The notes beneath the pieces were generated by a model. It worked only from the letters and a program-made list of their open reading frames with translations. It was not told where the DNA came from and ran no database searches. Source: a virus. Taken from it: 47,183 bases of DNA. Made by a program: the position numbers and the translations under genes. The DNA lies in the IMG/VR virus record IMGVR_UViG_3300046786_001104. One strand, given 5' to 3'. Below are positions 34,310 to 43,483 of this stretch, one piece after another. Numbering within the stretch: the stretch's first letter is position 1; every line of letters begins with the position of its first letter.

Positions 34310-35231
34310 AAAAACATATATAGCAGGACACAGAGGTATGGTCGGTTCTGCTATAGCAAGAAACTTTGATAAAAACTCTAAGAAATGGGTTGGTCAAACT
34401 CACAATCAGTTGGATTTGACCAGCCAATTTGCTGTACAAAATTATTTCTATAATGAACGACCTGATAATGTTATAATTGCTGCTGCTAGGGTAGGTGGCA
34501 TCAAAGATAACAACGATTATCCTGTCGATTATTTAATGACTAATATTTCTATAGCAAAACACATTATAGAATCGGCTCATAAATTTTCTTGTAAGAAACT
34601 CTTATTCCTTGGAAGTTCGTGTATTTATCCCCGAGAATGTCCGCAACCTATTAAAGAAGAATATCTCTTAACAGGCCCACTTGAATCGACTAATCAGTGG
34701 TATGCTATGGCTAAGATAGCAGCCGTTAAGATGTGTCAAGCATATCGTAAACAATATGGTTGTAATTACACATCAGCCATGCCTTGTAATCTTTATGGTT
34801 ACAATGACACGTATGATGTCAATCGTTCCCATGTAATACCTGGACTAATTACAAAGTTTCACAAAGCAAAAGTAAACAAGGAACCGTTCGTGGAATGTTG
34901 GGGAACAGGAAAAGCGTTGAGAGAGTTTCTATACGTTGATGATTTGGCGTCAGCGGTTTCTTTAATTATGGAATCTTACAATGAACCGGAACCAATCAAT
35001 ATAGGTTCTGGAGAAGAGATTGCTATTAAAGATTTGGTACCTCTTATTGCTAAAACAGTTGGTTACTGTGGTGATATAAAATGGAATAGTTATATTGGTG
35101 ATGGTACGCCACGTAAAATAATGGATAATTCTAAAATCCTCAAACTTGGTTGGAAACCAACGATTTATCTTGAAGAAGGTCTTCGGTTATCGTATATTGA
35201 CTTCCAATTAAGATATGGAGAATCCTTATAA
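34278..35231 (+). CDS. fcl: GDP-L-fucose synthase (GDP-4-keto-6-deoxymannose 3,5-epimerase/4-reductase)
   Basis: KTYIAGHRGMVGSAIARN Rossmann motif and overall Fcl/WcaG-like length (317 aa). Confidence 0.8.
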   Translation: MKQEMIMVNTEKTYIAGHRGMVGSAIARNFDKNSKKWVGQTHNQLDLTSQFAVQNYFYNERPDNVIIAAARVGGIKDNNDYPVDYLMTNISIAKHIIESAHKFSCKKLLFLGSSCIYPRECPQPIKEEYLLTGPLESTNQWYAMAKIAAVKMCQAYRKQYGCNYTSAMPCNLYGYNDTYDVNRSHVIPGLITKFHKAKVNKEPFVECWGTGKALREFLYVDDLASAVSLIMESYNEPEPINIGSGEEIAIKDLVPLIAKTVGYCGDIKWNSYIGDGTPRKIMDNSKILKLGWKPTIYLEEGLRLSYIDFQLRYGESL

Positions 35232-35904
35232 TTTAACTAAATGTAAAAAAACTTCTCTTCGACGAAGAACTCTCAATGGAAGGACGGTTTTTTATCATAC
35301 TTACTTTGAACCGAAAGGTTTGAACAAACATCAAAGACGGGATGCTATAGATAGATTTAAGCATCCAAAATCAGAACTTGATAGAGTTTTATCGAGCAAC
35401 ATGATTATTGAATCTTTATTGATTTTCTTACAAGAACATGATATAAATGAGTTTGATATCATTTTAGGTACACCTTCTTCTTCCGATGTAGTAAAACGTG
35501 TCATAGATAAAATTCTAATAGATTGTGATTTCAAAGGAGCCGCTATCTACAAAGGTTTTAGAAAAACCAGAGTTAGAAACGTAAAACTAAAACAAGAAGT
35601 CATTGATAATGAACGTTCTCTAAAAACCAAAGAATTAGTACCCATTTCTTATAATAAATCGAGACGACTTCATTATGATAAAGTTTCGAAAGTTTCTTTA
35701 TTTCCTACTAGGTTTAGGCGGTATTTTGAAAACTTTCTTAAATTGAATATAGATAACGTAAACTTACTTAAAGACAAAAGAGTTTTAGTTATCGACGACA
35801 CCATTGGAGAAGGGTTGACAATGTGTGAGATTTCAAGAATACTGGAACCCTACACTAAAGATGTTATTGGATTCACTGTAATGAAGGATGTTGCGAGACA
35901 ATGA
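35215..35904 (+). CDS. phosphoribosyltransferase-domain protein
   Basis: PRPP-binding loop KRVLVIDDTIGEGLTM near the C-terminus. Confidence 0.5.
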   Translation: MENPYNLTKCKKTSLRRRTLNGRTVFYHTYFEPKGLNKHQRRDAIDRFKHPKSELDRVLSSNMIIESLLIFLQEHDINEFDIILGTPSSSDVVKRVIDKILIDCDFKGAAIYKGFRKTRVRNVKLKQEVIDNERSLKTKELVPISYNKSRRLHYDKVSKVSLFPTRFRRYFENFLKLNIDNVNLLKDKRVLVIDDTIGEGLTMCEISRILEPYTKDVIGFTVMKDVARQ

Positions 35905-36593
35905 AACCCCGAAGAATTATATTAGTCAGGCATGGGCAATCCGAAGGCAATGTAAACGTAAACATTTACCTCGAAAAGCCAGACTATTCTGTACATCTCA
36001 CTGAACTTGGTAGACGACAAGCTCACGATGCTGGAAAGGCTTTAAAAACCTTGATCGGCGATGTAGAACGTGTAAAATTCTACACTTCTCCGTTTTGGAG
36101 AGCAAGAGAGACCACTGCTGAACTCAAAAAGTGGTTTAACCCGCCTCAACTTCAATCGGTTTATGAAGACCCCAGATTGCGTGAACAAGAATGGGGACAC
36201 AAATCTGGACGAGCATTTCAGATGGAGCATGAACGGCAAAGAGATGAATATGGACATTTTTATTGGAGATTCCCGGAAGGTGAATCTTGTGCTGACGTTT
36301 TTGATCGAGTTAGCGATTTTCTAAATACACTCTTTCGTGATTTTCAAAAAGAAGATTTTCCCGAGAATGCTATTCTTGTAAACCATGGAATGACAATGAG
36401 ATTGTTTCTTATGCGGTGGTTTCATTATAGCGTAGAACAATTTGAAAAAATCAGAAATCCTAGAAACTGTGAGTATTTTATACTTGAAAGAAATGAAGTT
36501 GGTAAATATGATCTAGCTACTCCATTTCGGTTATACGAATCATATAAACACCCCTTTCAGTTTCCAAAATATACACCGTTGCCCTTGGATTGA
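35901..36593 (+). CDS. histidine phosphatase superfamily (phosphoglycerate-mutase-like) protein
   Basis: IILVRHGQSEGN (RHG catalytic motif) at the N-terminus. Confidence 0.65.
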   Translation: MKPRRIILVRHGQSEGNVNVNIYLEKPDYSVHLTELGRRQAHDAGKALKTLIGDVERVKFYTSPFWRARETTAELKKWFNPPQLQSVYEDPRLREQEWGHKSGRAFQMEHERQRDEYGHFYWRFPEGESCADVFDRVSDFLNTLFRDFQKEDFPENAILVNHGMTMRLFLMRWFHYSVEQFEKIRNPRNCEYFILERNEVGKYDLATPFRLYESYKHPFQFPKYTPLPLD

Positions 36594-36602
36594 GCATATT
36601 TA

Positions 36603-36797
36603 TTGGGCATGACGATAAAAGAACTGAAAGAAAAAATAAAGAACCTTCCAGACGATGCTAATGTAGAATTGGGAATTGATGTCAAAGTCAATTCTCAAAC
36701 ATCTCCTATGACTCGATCTGTAGATAGCGTAGAACACTTCGATAAAAACAACATCGTTGTCCTCAAAAGTTGGTGGGGTATTCAGTTTTTCTATTGA
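36603..36797 (+). CDS. hypothetical small protein
   Basis: 64-aa ORF. Confidence 0.3.
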   Translation: MGMTIKELKEKIKNLPDDANVELGIDVKVNSQTSPMTRSVDSVEHFDKNNIVVLKSWWGIQFFY

Positions 36798-36831
36798 CAG
36801 ATTCCCCTTCATAGTGGACAATGACCCCACT

Positions 36832-37338
36832 ATGAATCAAAAACAAGAATTTTGGACGTGCGTTGTTGGTCCTGCCAGACGAGAAGATCTCCCTAAAGGA
36901 GCAGATTTTCCAATGAGGGTGGCTGTTCAGAATAAGTTTGAATCATTGTCTGGCTATCCACCAGAAATTTGTACGAGCGGATGGGGATGTGATTCTGAAG
37001 CCGCTGCTAAAGCCTCTATTAAACGGGATTTTGTCTGGGCTGTAGACAAAACTAATACTCCTGAACCGGAACTCCGAAAACTCACATCTGGAGAACTTCT
37101 TCAACTTCTCACAAATTTAGCTAAGGATTATGCTAAAGAAGGTGTAGAATCCATTAAGCGAAACAACCACATGAATGATGTTCCTAAAATGGAAACTGTT
37201 CCTCAAAAGGTGGTTGATGCTGTTTTGGTAGATTTTATCAATTACATCGGAATAAAGTATTGTGTTGACTACGGACTCTATACAGTGGACCTTAACGACC
37301 CAAAGAAACCGGTTGAATTTGAAGTAGAAAAAAAGTAA
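36832..37338 (+). CDS. hypothetical protein
   Basis: ORF 36757-37338 trimmed to MNQKQEFW. Higher GC than background. Confidence 0.4.
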   Translation: MNQKQEFWTCVVGPARREDLPKGADFPMRVAVQNKFESLSGYPPEICTSGWGCDSEAAAKASIKRDFVWAVDKTNTPEPELRKLTSGELLQLLTNLAKDYAKEGVESIKRNNHMNDVPKMETVPQKVVDAVLVDFINYIGIKYCVDYGLYTVDLNDPKKPVEFEVEKK

Positions 37339-37363
37339 ACAAACAAAAGAGAAAAAATAGGTT

Positions 37364-37954
37364 ATGAGCAAGCAACTAACTCCCGAACAGAGAAAGCAAC
37401 GTATTGAAACCACGTTGAAAATCGCAGGTGTTACCCTCGTTGCCTTGACGATGACCATTGTTAGTCTCAATGCTCAGACTACTAACACGTTTGATACTAC
37501 AGTGGCTCTGTCTACCAATGCTGTTGTTGAGTCAGGTAGGGCAAGCAATAGTATTGAACTTACATTGGGCGGCGGCGGCTCAGTGATTGATGGAGAATCT
37601 GTGTTTGGAGCGGACTTTACGATGTCAATCAATCCAATCAAGGTTCGTCCTGAGATTTGGGTGGGTATTGCTCAGGGGTTGTATTGGGAACCAAACTTTG
37701 CTGGTTCCACCGACCTCTATGTTGACTGGTCTCAGGACGTTTGGAATGACACCATCTATCTGAATGCCGGTTGGTCTGGCGGTGTTCTGTATGACATGGA
37801 GGATACTGAAATCTGGCGCACTGGCCCCGAGGTTTCCCTTCAATACTACACTCACGACAACTGTTTCATCTTTGTCGGAGCAAACTACGACATTTGGGTG
37901 AGTGAAGGCGAGAAGGAATTTCGCTACAGTTTTGGTATTGGAATTCTATTCTAA
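37364..37954 (+). CDS. outer-membrane beta-barrel-like protein
   Basis: N-terminal hydrophobic signal/anchor. Alternating amphipathic beta-strand pattern. C-terminal FGIGILF ending in Phe, the classic OMP signature. GC-rich. Confidence 0.45.
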   Translation: MSKQLTPEQRKQRIETTLKIAGVTLVALTMTIVSLNAQTTNTFDTTVALSTNAVVESGRASNSIELTLGGGGSVIDGESVFGADFTMSINPIKVRPEIWVGIAQGLYWEPNFAGSTDLYVDWSQDVWNDTIYLNAGWSGGVLYDMEDTEIWRTGPEVSLQYYTHDNCFIFVGANYDIWVSEGEKEFRYSFGIGILF

Positions 37955-37970
37955 CCCAACCGAATTACAG

Positions 37971-38004
37971 AAAACCGTTCCCTTGACTGGGAACGGTTTT
38001 TTTG
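37971..38004 (+). terminator. rho-independent terminator
   Basis: aaaaccgttccc-ttgact-gggaacggtttt followed by tttg. Confidence 0.55.
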
Positions 38005-38017
38005 TTATAGTTATACT

Positions 38018-38224
38018 ATGAATGACAATGAAGATATTTGTGGGTTGTGTGGATTACCAGGAGCAGATAAAATTCCACATCCTATAAGATGGCCTGGGGA
38101 ACGTTGTCCTGATACCGATTTTGTTCACGCCGAGTGTGAAGAGGAGGAATGTTCAAGAGCCTATCAAGAGTTTTGGAATAAGGTTGGGGACAAAGGAATC
38201 AGAGAATTTTTAAGGAAGTTTTGA
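38018..38224 (+). CDS. small Cys-rich protein
   Basis: CGLCGLPG ... CPDTDFVHAECEEEEC. Confidence 0.3.
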   Translation: MNDNEDICGLCGLPGADKIPHPIRWPGERCPDTDFVHAECEEEECSRAYQEFWNKVGDKGIREFLRKF

Positions 38225-38235
38225 AGTTTTAAAAG

Positions 38236-39396
38236 ATGAAAAAAATACTAAGTTTTGTAGTTTCGTTGGTTTTGTTTACAATAAATTCGGTTCAATCTGC
38301 AAATGTGGCGTTAGTCTTTATTGATTCAACGTTGGAACCTAAGATTGCAAACGAGTTTGCTGCGTGGACAAATCAAGTCAATAAAGAAGGATTCTATCAA
38401 ATAGATTTGGTGTCATTTCCTAGAACGGAATATTTTAGTACAAATAGATTGGAGAGAATAACTCAGATAAGAACTATCATAGATGCTAGGCAGCCAACAA
38501 CAGTAGTTTTGGTTGGTAAACTTCCTTGGGGATATTCTGGTTGGTATAACCCCGATGGTCATGGTCCAAGAGTAATGGCGTCTGATTCTCATTTCATGAT
38601 AAATAACTATTTGCCAACAGATAGTATTTTTTGTGGAACAAACACGTCTGTAGCCGATCCTCTTTATAAAAATATCCCAAATGATGGTTATTGGGATGCG
38701 AACGATTTACCTCTTTATGGTGTTGTTCGATCCGTATCAAGAATAGATTTAAGCTCATTATATGGATCAATGGAATCAACACCGGCATATCAATATGGAA
38801 GTGGGTGTTTAAAGGGAAAACCGTATTGTCCTACCGTAGAAGAAGTTGAATCGACAAAGAGTTATTTTCGAAGAAATCTGGAATATCGGACTGGAAGGTG
38901 GGTTCCTCCTAATGTGGCTTATATGGTAGGAGGATTGTGGGATTTAACTTCGGGCCAAAGTGCATATACACGAACAAATACAACGGGATATACTTGGATA
39001 AAAAGTTTGGATCAAACCATTGCTGCAGGGAAAGATACATTTTTGTTATGGAATTGTGCCGCAGCGACGGAGTTGGGATTAATGTATCGAACCAATGATT
39101 GTAGGAATGTGAAGGCGGTTTGGGTGAATACATATAGAAGTTATGCTTCTGAACCGGCAAACGCGTGTGGCACTCTTCGGCGATGGCAATTAGAAGCATT
39201 AGTTTCAACGTGGGGACCGAGATGGTGGATTGTTCCTACAAATGCTTTAACAGTTGGTGACGCCATTATGGCAACTGCTAATTCGGTTCAACGTTGGATT
39301 TTTCTATATCAACTTATGGGCGATTCGACATTGCCACTCAAAGTAATTCCGTTGCCGGCTCCTATAAAAAATATCAGGATTGTTGAAATTAATTGA
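38236..39396 (+). CDS. secreted protein of unknown function
   Basis: Signal peptide MKKILSFVVSLVLFTINSVQSA. 386 aa. Confidence 0.45.
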   Translation: MKKILSFVVSLVLFTINSVQSANVALVFIDSTLEPKIANEFAAWTNQVNKEGFYQIDLVSFPRTEYFSTNRLERITQIRTIIDARQPTTVVLVGKLPWGYSGWYNPDGHGPRVMASDSHFMINNYLPTDSIFCGTNTSVADPLYKNIPNDGYWDANDLPLYGVVRSVSRIDLSSLYGSMESTPAYQYGSGCLKGKPYCPTVEEVESTKSYFRRNLEYRTGRWVPPNVAYMVGGLWDLTSGQSAYTRTNTTGYTWIKSLDQTIAAGKDTFLLWNCAAATELGLMYRTNDCRNVKAVWVNTYRSYASEPANACGTLRRWQLEALVSTWGPRWWIVPTNALTVGDAIMATANSVQRWIFLYQLMGDSTLPLKVIPLPAPIKNIRIVEIN

Positions 39397-39437
39397 CTGT
39401 GTTGATTATTCGGTATTATCATACAGTTGTTCCAATT

Positions 39438-40400
39438 ATGAAATATTTATACTACAAAGACGTTGCTCTAGTTCCTAGGCATTCTTCTCTTCGAAGCCGT
39501 TCTGACGCAGAAACTGATATCACTTTCTTAGGTCATTTTTTCTCTCTTCCTGTTGTTCCAGCAAATATGAAAGATGTTATTAACTTTGAAAACGCTAAAT
39601 TGTTATGTGAAAATAATGTTTTCTATATTATGCATCGTTGGTTTAGTAGCGAGGCTGTTATTAACGTTCAGAAAGTCACTACTTTCATTATGAAAATGAA
39701 TGAAATTGGTTATTTGACCAGCATTAGTATTGGAATAGGACCAGAGTGGGAAGAGTTAATTAATAATATAGTAAATCACGATTATATAGTAGATTTTATA
39801 ACAATTGACATAGCCCACGCAGATCATGATAATGTCCAAAACATTATAAAAAAGATAAAGCTAAATCTTCCAAAAACCAAATTGATCGTTGGAAATGTTG
39901 CTACAGCAGAGGGGTGTGAATATCTAATCAAATTGGGTGTAGATGCTGTGAAAGTGGGAATAGGTGGGGGTAGAATTTGTACTACAAAGAATAAGACTGG
40001 ATTTACCGTTCCAATGTTCAGTTGTATTCTTCAATGTCAACCTGTTTGTGAAAAATATGATATACCCATGATAGCAGATGGGGGTGTAGAAGAGTTTGGT
40101 GATATTGCTAAGGCTCTTACGGCTGGCGCCACTATGGTCATGGCAGGCGGAGTGTTTGCCGAGTGTATAGACTCGCCTGCGGAGATTATTGAGGGGCGTA
40201 AACAATACCGTGGGTCAACTTCGTATGAGATGAAGGGATATAACAAACATATTGAGGGGAGAAAATTGGAGATAACACATTCGGTAAAGTATTCTGAAAG
40301 ATTGGAAGAAATAAAACAGGCATTACAATCAAGCATTTCTTATGCCGGTGGAAAAGATATATCTGCTTTTAATTTAGTGGATTTTATAGTTGTGTCTTGA
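39438..40400 (+). CDS. guaC: GMP reductase / IMP-dehydrogenase-family oxidoreductase
   Basis: MKYLYYKDVALVPRHSSLRSRSDAETD ... PVVPANM matches the GuaC N-terminus. Catalytic-loop-like GIGGGRICTTK. Confidence 0.7.
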   Translation: MKYLYYKDVALVPRHSSLRSRSDAETDITFLGHFFSLPVVPANMKDVINFENAKLLCENNVFYIMHRWFSSEAVINVQKVTTFIMKMNEIGYLTSISIGIGPEWEELINNIVNHDYIVDFITIDIAHADHDNVQNIIKKIKLNLPKTKLIVGNVATAEGCEYLIKLGVDAVKVGIGGGRICTTKNKTGFTVPMFSCILQCQPVCEKYDIPMIADGGVEEFGDIAKALTAGATMVMAGGVFAECIDSPAEIIEGRKQYRGSTSYEMKGYNKHIEGRKLEITHSVKYSERLEEIKQALQSSISYAGGKDISAFNLVDFIVVS

Positions 40401-40412
40401 TATTTATAGCAA

Positions 40413-40640
40413 GTGAAAAATATCATTAATGACATGTTGACCAACAAATATGGAAAGTATAGTCTTTCCAAAGTAATACCGTTTGTTTGGTTTATATATC
40501 TCTTGTATTCATTAACTTGGCAATTTAACGGGATGGAAATTCCAAAGACGTATTATGACCTAACTATGATATTTAGTACGGTTTATGTAGGCAGAACCGC
40601 TTTGGATAAAGTTTCAGACCCCAACAAAAAAACAGAATAA
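40413..40640 (+). CDS. small membrane protein
   Basis: Hydrophobic segment VIPFVWFIYLLYSLTW. Confidence 0.3.
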   Translation: MKNIINDMLTNKYGKYSLSKVIPFVWFIYLLYSLTWQFNGMEIPKTYYDLTMIFSTVYVGRTALDKVSDPNKKTE

Positions 40641-40649
40641 CACAAAAGT

Positions 40650-40985
40650 ATGAAGAAAACAATTGGATTAATTATTGGGATGTTAACAGCCGTTGCAGTT
40701 TATGCTGTTGATGTTAAACTAGGTTGGGAAGCAAATCCTCCACAAGAAATGGTGGAGAAATATGTTATCTATCAAGCTAAAGGAACAAATGTCTCCTTTG
40801 TACCTGTTGTTACTGTATTAGGAACCACAAATGTAGGCGTTGTTAAAAACCTTGCTCCTGGAACTTATAGATTCGTTGTTGTTGCTCAAAATGGTATTGG
40901 TAACGCTCCTCCTTCAAATGAAGTTTCTGTACCAACAAATGCTCCTGGAGCCACCAAAAATGTTATTTTGCTTGAAGTAAAGTAA
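40650..40985 (+). CDS. secreted fibronectin-type-III-like protein
   Basis: Signal peptide. LGWEANPP ... YVIYQ ... LAPGTYRFVVVAQNGIGNAPPS pattern. Confidence 0.45.
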   Translation: MKKTIGLIIGMLTAVAVYAVDVKLGWEANPPQEMVEKYVIYQAKGTNVSFVPVVTVLGTTNVGVVKNLAPGTYRFVVVAQNGIGNAPPSNEVSVPTNAPGATKNVILLEVK

Positions 40986-40991
40986 AATAAA

Positions 40992-41333
40992 ATGAAAAAA
41001 TTGGTTATATTCGCATTACTATTCGTGGTAATGCTATCCTCCGCTGTTACATTTAAGTGGGATAATAACACCGAAAGTGATTTAGCAGGATATAGACTTC
41101 GTTGGGGAACTAATTCACGTAATTATACTGTAGTTAATGACTGTGGATTAATAAACGAAATTTTTATAAATGACACTAATTTTCCTACAGGTATAACGTT
41201 TTATGTTTCTGTCACCGCTTACAATTTATCAGGTCTTGAAAGCGACTATTCCAACGAAATAAGTTTTTATATTACCAACAATAGTGTTATAAAGACTCCT
41301 TCTTCAATTAAGAAGTTTCGTATCTCTCCATAA
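40992..41333 (+). CDS. secreted fibronectin-type-III-like protein
   Basis: Signal peptide. FKWDNNTESDLAGYRLRWG ... FYVSVTAYNLSGLESDYS pattern. Confidence 0.45.
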   Translation: MKKLVIFALLFVVMLSSAVTFKWDNNTESDLAGYRLRWGTNSRNYTVVNDCGLINEIFINDTNFPTGITFYVSVTAYNLSGLESDYSNEISFYITNNSVIKTPSSIKKFRISP

Positions 41334-41375
41334 AAACTTGTAAATTGTTTTTGCTTCTTCTACAATCTTTCTATT

Positions 41376-41633
41376 GTGACAAAAGTTGTCCATTGTAGAA
41401 AAGAGAAATATGATATCCTCATTGATAGGACAACTAAATGGGGGAATCCTTTTCCAATTCCTCCTTGGACCAGAGAAGAGTCGTTGGCAAAATACGAAGA
41501 GTGGATTCAGACTCAAGATTGGTTATTGAAAGATATTGTCAAAGAACTAAAAGGAAAAACCCTTGGTTGTTGGTGTAAACCCAATAAATCATGTCACGGA
41601 GACATTCTTGCTTATTTAGCAGATAATCTATGA
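41376..41633 (+). CDS. DUF4326-like small protein
   Basis: RKEKYDILIDRTTKWGNPF ... LKGKTLGCWCKPNKSCHGDIL matches the DUF4326 signature as I recall it. Confidence 0.45.
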   Translation: MTKVVHCRKEKYDILIDRTTKWGNPFPIPPWTREESLAKYEEWIQTQDWLLKDIVKELKGKTLGCWCKPNKSCHGDILAYLADNL

Positions 41634-41756
41634 TATTTGAATGTTACATCAAAAAATTGACGGATGGAGAAAAAGCCAAACTTGCAAAGAAAATTGTTGA
41701 TATGATAGGCGACGACGAATTGGCTTTACAAGTGCTTTCTAATCGATGTTTTTATT

Positions 41757-41975
41757 GTGGAAAAAAAATTAATACACACGAAACATGTTACTGTACAAGG
41801 GATGATTGAAGGAGAAGATTTTTATCTTGAACGGGGACGAATGGTTTTGACTAAAGAGTTTTTACTAAAACGAGGGAAATGCTGCCACCATAGATGTAGG
41901 CACTGTCCTTGGAAAAAACGCAAAAGGGTTGACAAAGAACAAAGTTCAACCTATACTGATGGAAATAAAGTATGA
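41757..41975 (+). CDS. small Cys-rich protein (GKCCHHRCRHCPW)
   Basis: 72-aa ORF with a compact Cys cluster. Confidence 0.3.
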   Translation: MEKKLIHTKHVTVQGMIEGEDFYLERGRMVLTKEFLLKRGKCCHHRCRHCPWKKRKRVDKEQSSTYTDGNKV

Positions 41976-43483
41976 TTACTGATGCTAAATTAAAGTTCTG
42001 GATAGACAATAATCTTAATGTATTATTTGTTGGTGAACACGGTGTTGGTAAAACGGCCCGTGTTAAAGAGGCGTTTGACCAAGCAGGTTTAAAGTGGTTA
42101 TACTTCTCCGCGGCAACTCTAGACCCTTGGGTTGACTTCATTGGCATTCCCAAGGAAGCTCAAGATGATAAAGGCAATAAATACATCGAACTAATTCGTC
42201 CAAAGCCATTTGCTGAAGATCAAGTCGAAGCTATTTTTCTTGATGAATTCAATCGTTCTCCGAAGAAAGTTCGTAATGCAGTGATGGAACTTTTGCAATT
42301 CAAGTCGATCAATGGTAAGAGGTTTCCCAGCCTTCGAATTGTGTGGGCTGCTATTAACCCTGATGATGTTAAGATTGAAGGCAGCGATGAATTTGAATAC
42401 GATGTTGAAAGGCTTGACCCTGCTCAGAAAGACCGTTTCGAGATTCACGTTGACGTTCCGTTTAAACCCGACAAAGGGTATTTCCTCAAGAAATTCGGTG
42501 AAGATCTTGCCGAAAATGGAATTGATTGGTGGAATGATCTAGATCAGAAGACTAAACGTTCTGTAAGCCCTCGCCGATTGGATTACGCTCTTGGTGTTTA
42601 TGTTAAAGGCGGTGACATCCGAGACGTATTACCACCAAACGTCAATGTGAGCAAACTAATTACTGAACTGAAAAACGGTTCTTATGTTAAGTTAATGAAA
42701 GCCGTTTTTGCTCAAGGAAACGTCGATGAAGGCAAAAAATTCCTTGCTGTTCGTAACAACTACGACAACACTATTGCTCGTATTCTCAAGAGCGATGATA
42801 TGGTGAAATTCTTCGTACCATGTATCAAAGAAGAGGATCTGGTCAATCTCATGGCAAATGAGAAAAAGATTTACGATCATGTCGTAGAAAATTTGACTTT
42901 GTACGATGCTACTGTTAAGAACATACTTGATGTAAATAGCAACTCAAAACTTGCTAAAAAATTGAAGAAGGAACCAGCATTGGTAAAAATGTCCGTGGAC
43001 TTGAAGGCTAGAGCGATGAGCAACCAATTTACTCAATATACTTTTTCTAATATAAATCTTAAAACCAAACCAGTTATCAAGAACAAGTTTAGTACAATGT
43101 TTGGATCGGTTGATGGACAATCTTTTAGCAATTTTGTAAATGACACAACTACTATTTCTAATCTCCTAAAAAAAGGTACTCAATATAGGACCGGCATTTT
43201 CCACAAAGTTGCAGCTAAAATTGGTGAAAACGAAAACCACAGAGATTATTTGGTAGCTCTGAATATCATCGCGGATATCATAGGATCGTCTCACAAAGAC
43301 AATTTAAAAGCACCGATTTTCAACGGATTGCCCGAGTTGTTTGGATATTTGGTGAGAAAAGTTGTTGATACCTCAGGTGGAACTGAAACTCCACAAAGCG
43401 TGTTTAGCAAAGTAAAAGTTCGTAACGGTAGGGCGGATAAAGTCGAAGAATTTGTCTTCACCAACGCCAAACTCTATGTCTGA
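41972..43483 (+). CDS. MoxR-like AAA+ ATPase
   Basis: Walker A GEHGVGKT and Walker B IFLDEFNRSPKKVRNAVMELL, as in MoxR/RavA-type chaperone ATPases. Confidence 0.65.
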   Translation: MITDAKLKFWIDNNLNVLFVGEHGVGKTARVKEAFDQAGLKWLYFSAATLDPWVDFIGIPKEAQDDKGNKYIELIRPKPFAEDQVEAIFLDEFNRSPKKVRNAVMELLQFKSINGKRFPSLRIVWAAINPDDVKIEGSDEFEYDVERLDPAQKDRFEIHVDVPFKPDKGYFLKKFGEDLAENGIDWWNDLDQKTKRSVSPRRLDYALGVYVKGGDIRDVLPPNVNVSKLITELKNGSYVKLMKAVFAQGNVDEGKKFLAVRNNYDNTIARILKSDDMVKFFVPCIKEEDLVNLMANEKKIYDHVVENLTLYDATVKNILDVNSNSKLAKKLKKEPALVKMSVDLKARAMSNQFTQYTFSNINLKTKPVIKNKFSTMFGSVDGQSFSNFVNDTTTISNLLKKGTQYRTGIFHKVAAKIGENENHRDYLVALNIIADIIGSSHKDNLKAPIFNGLPELFGYLVRKVVDTSGGTETPQSVFSKVKVRNGRADKVEEFVFTNAKLYV

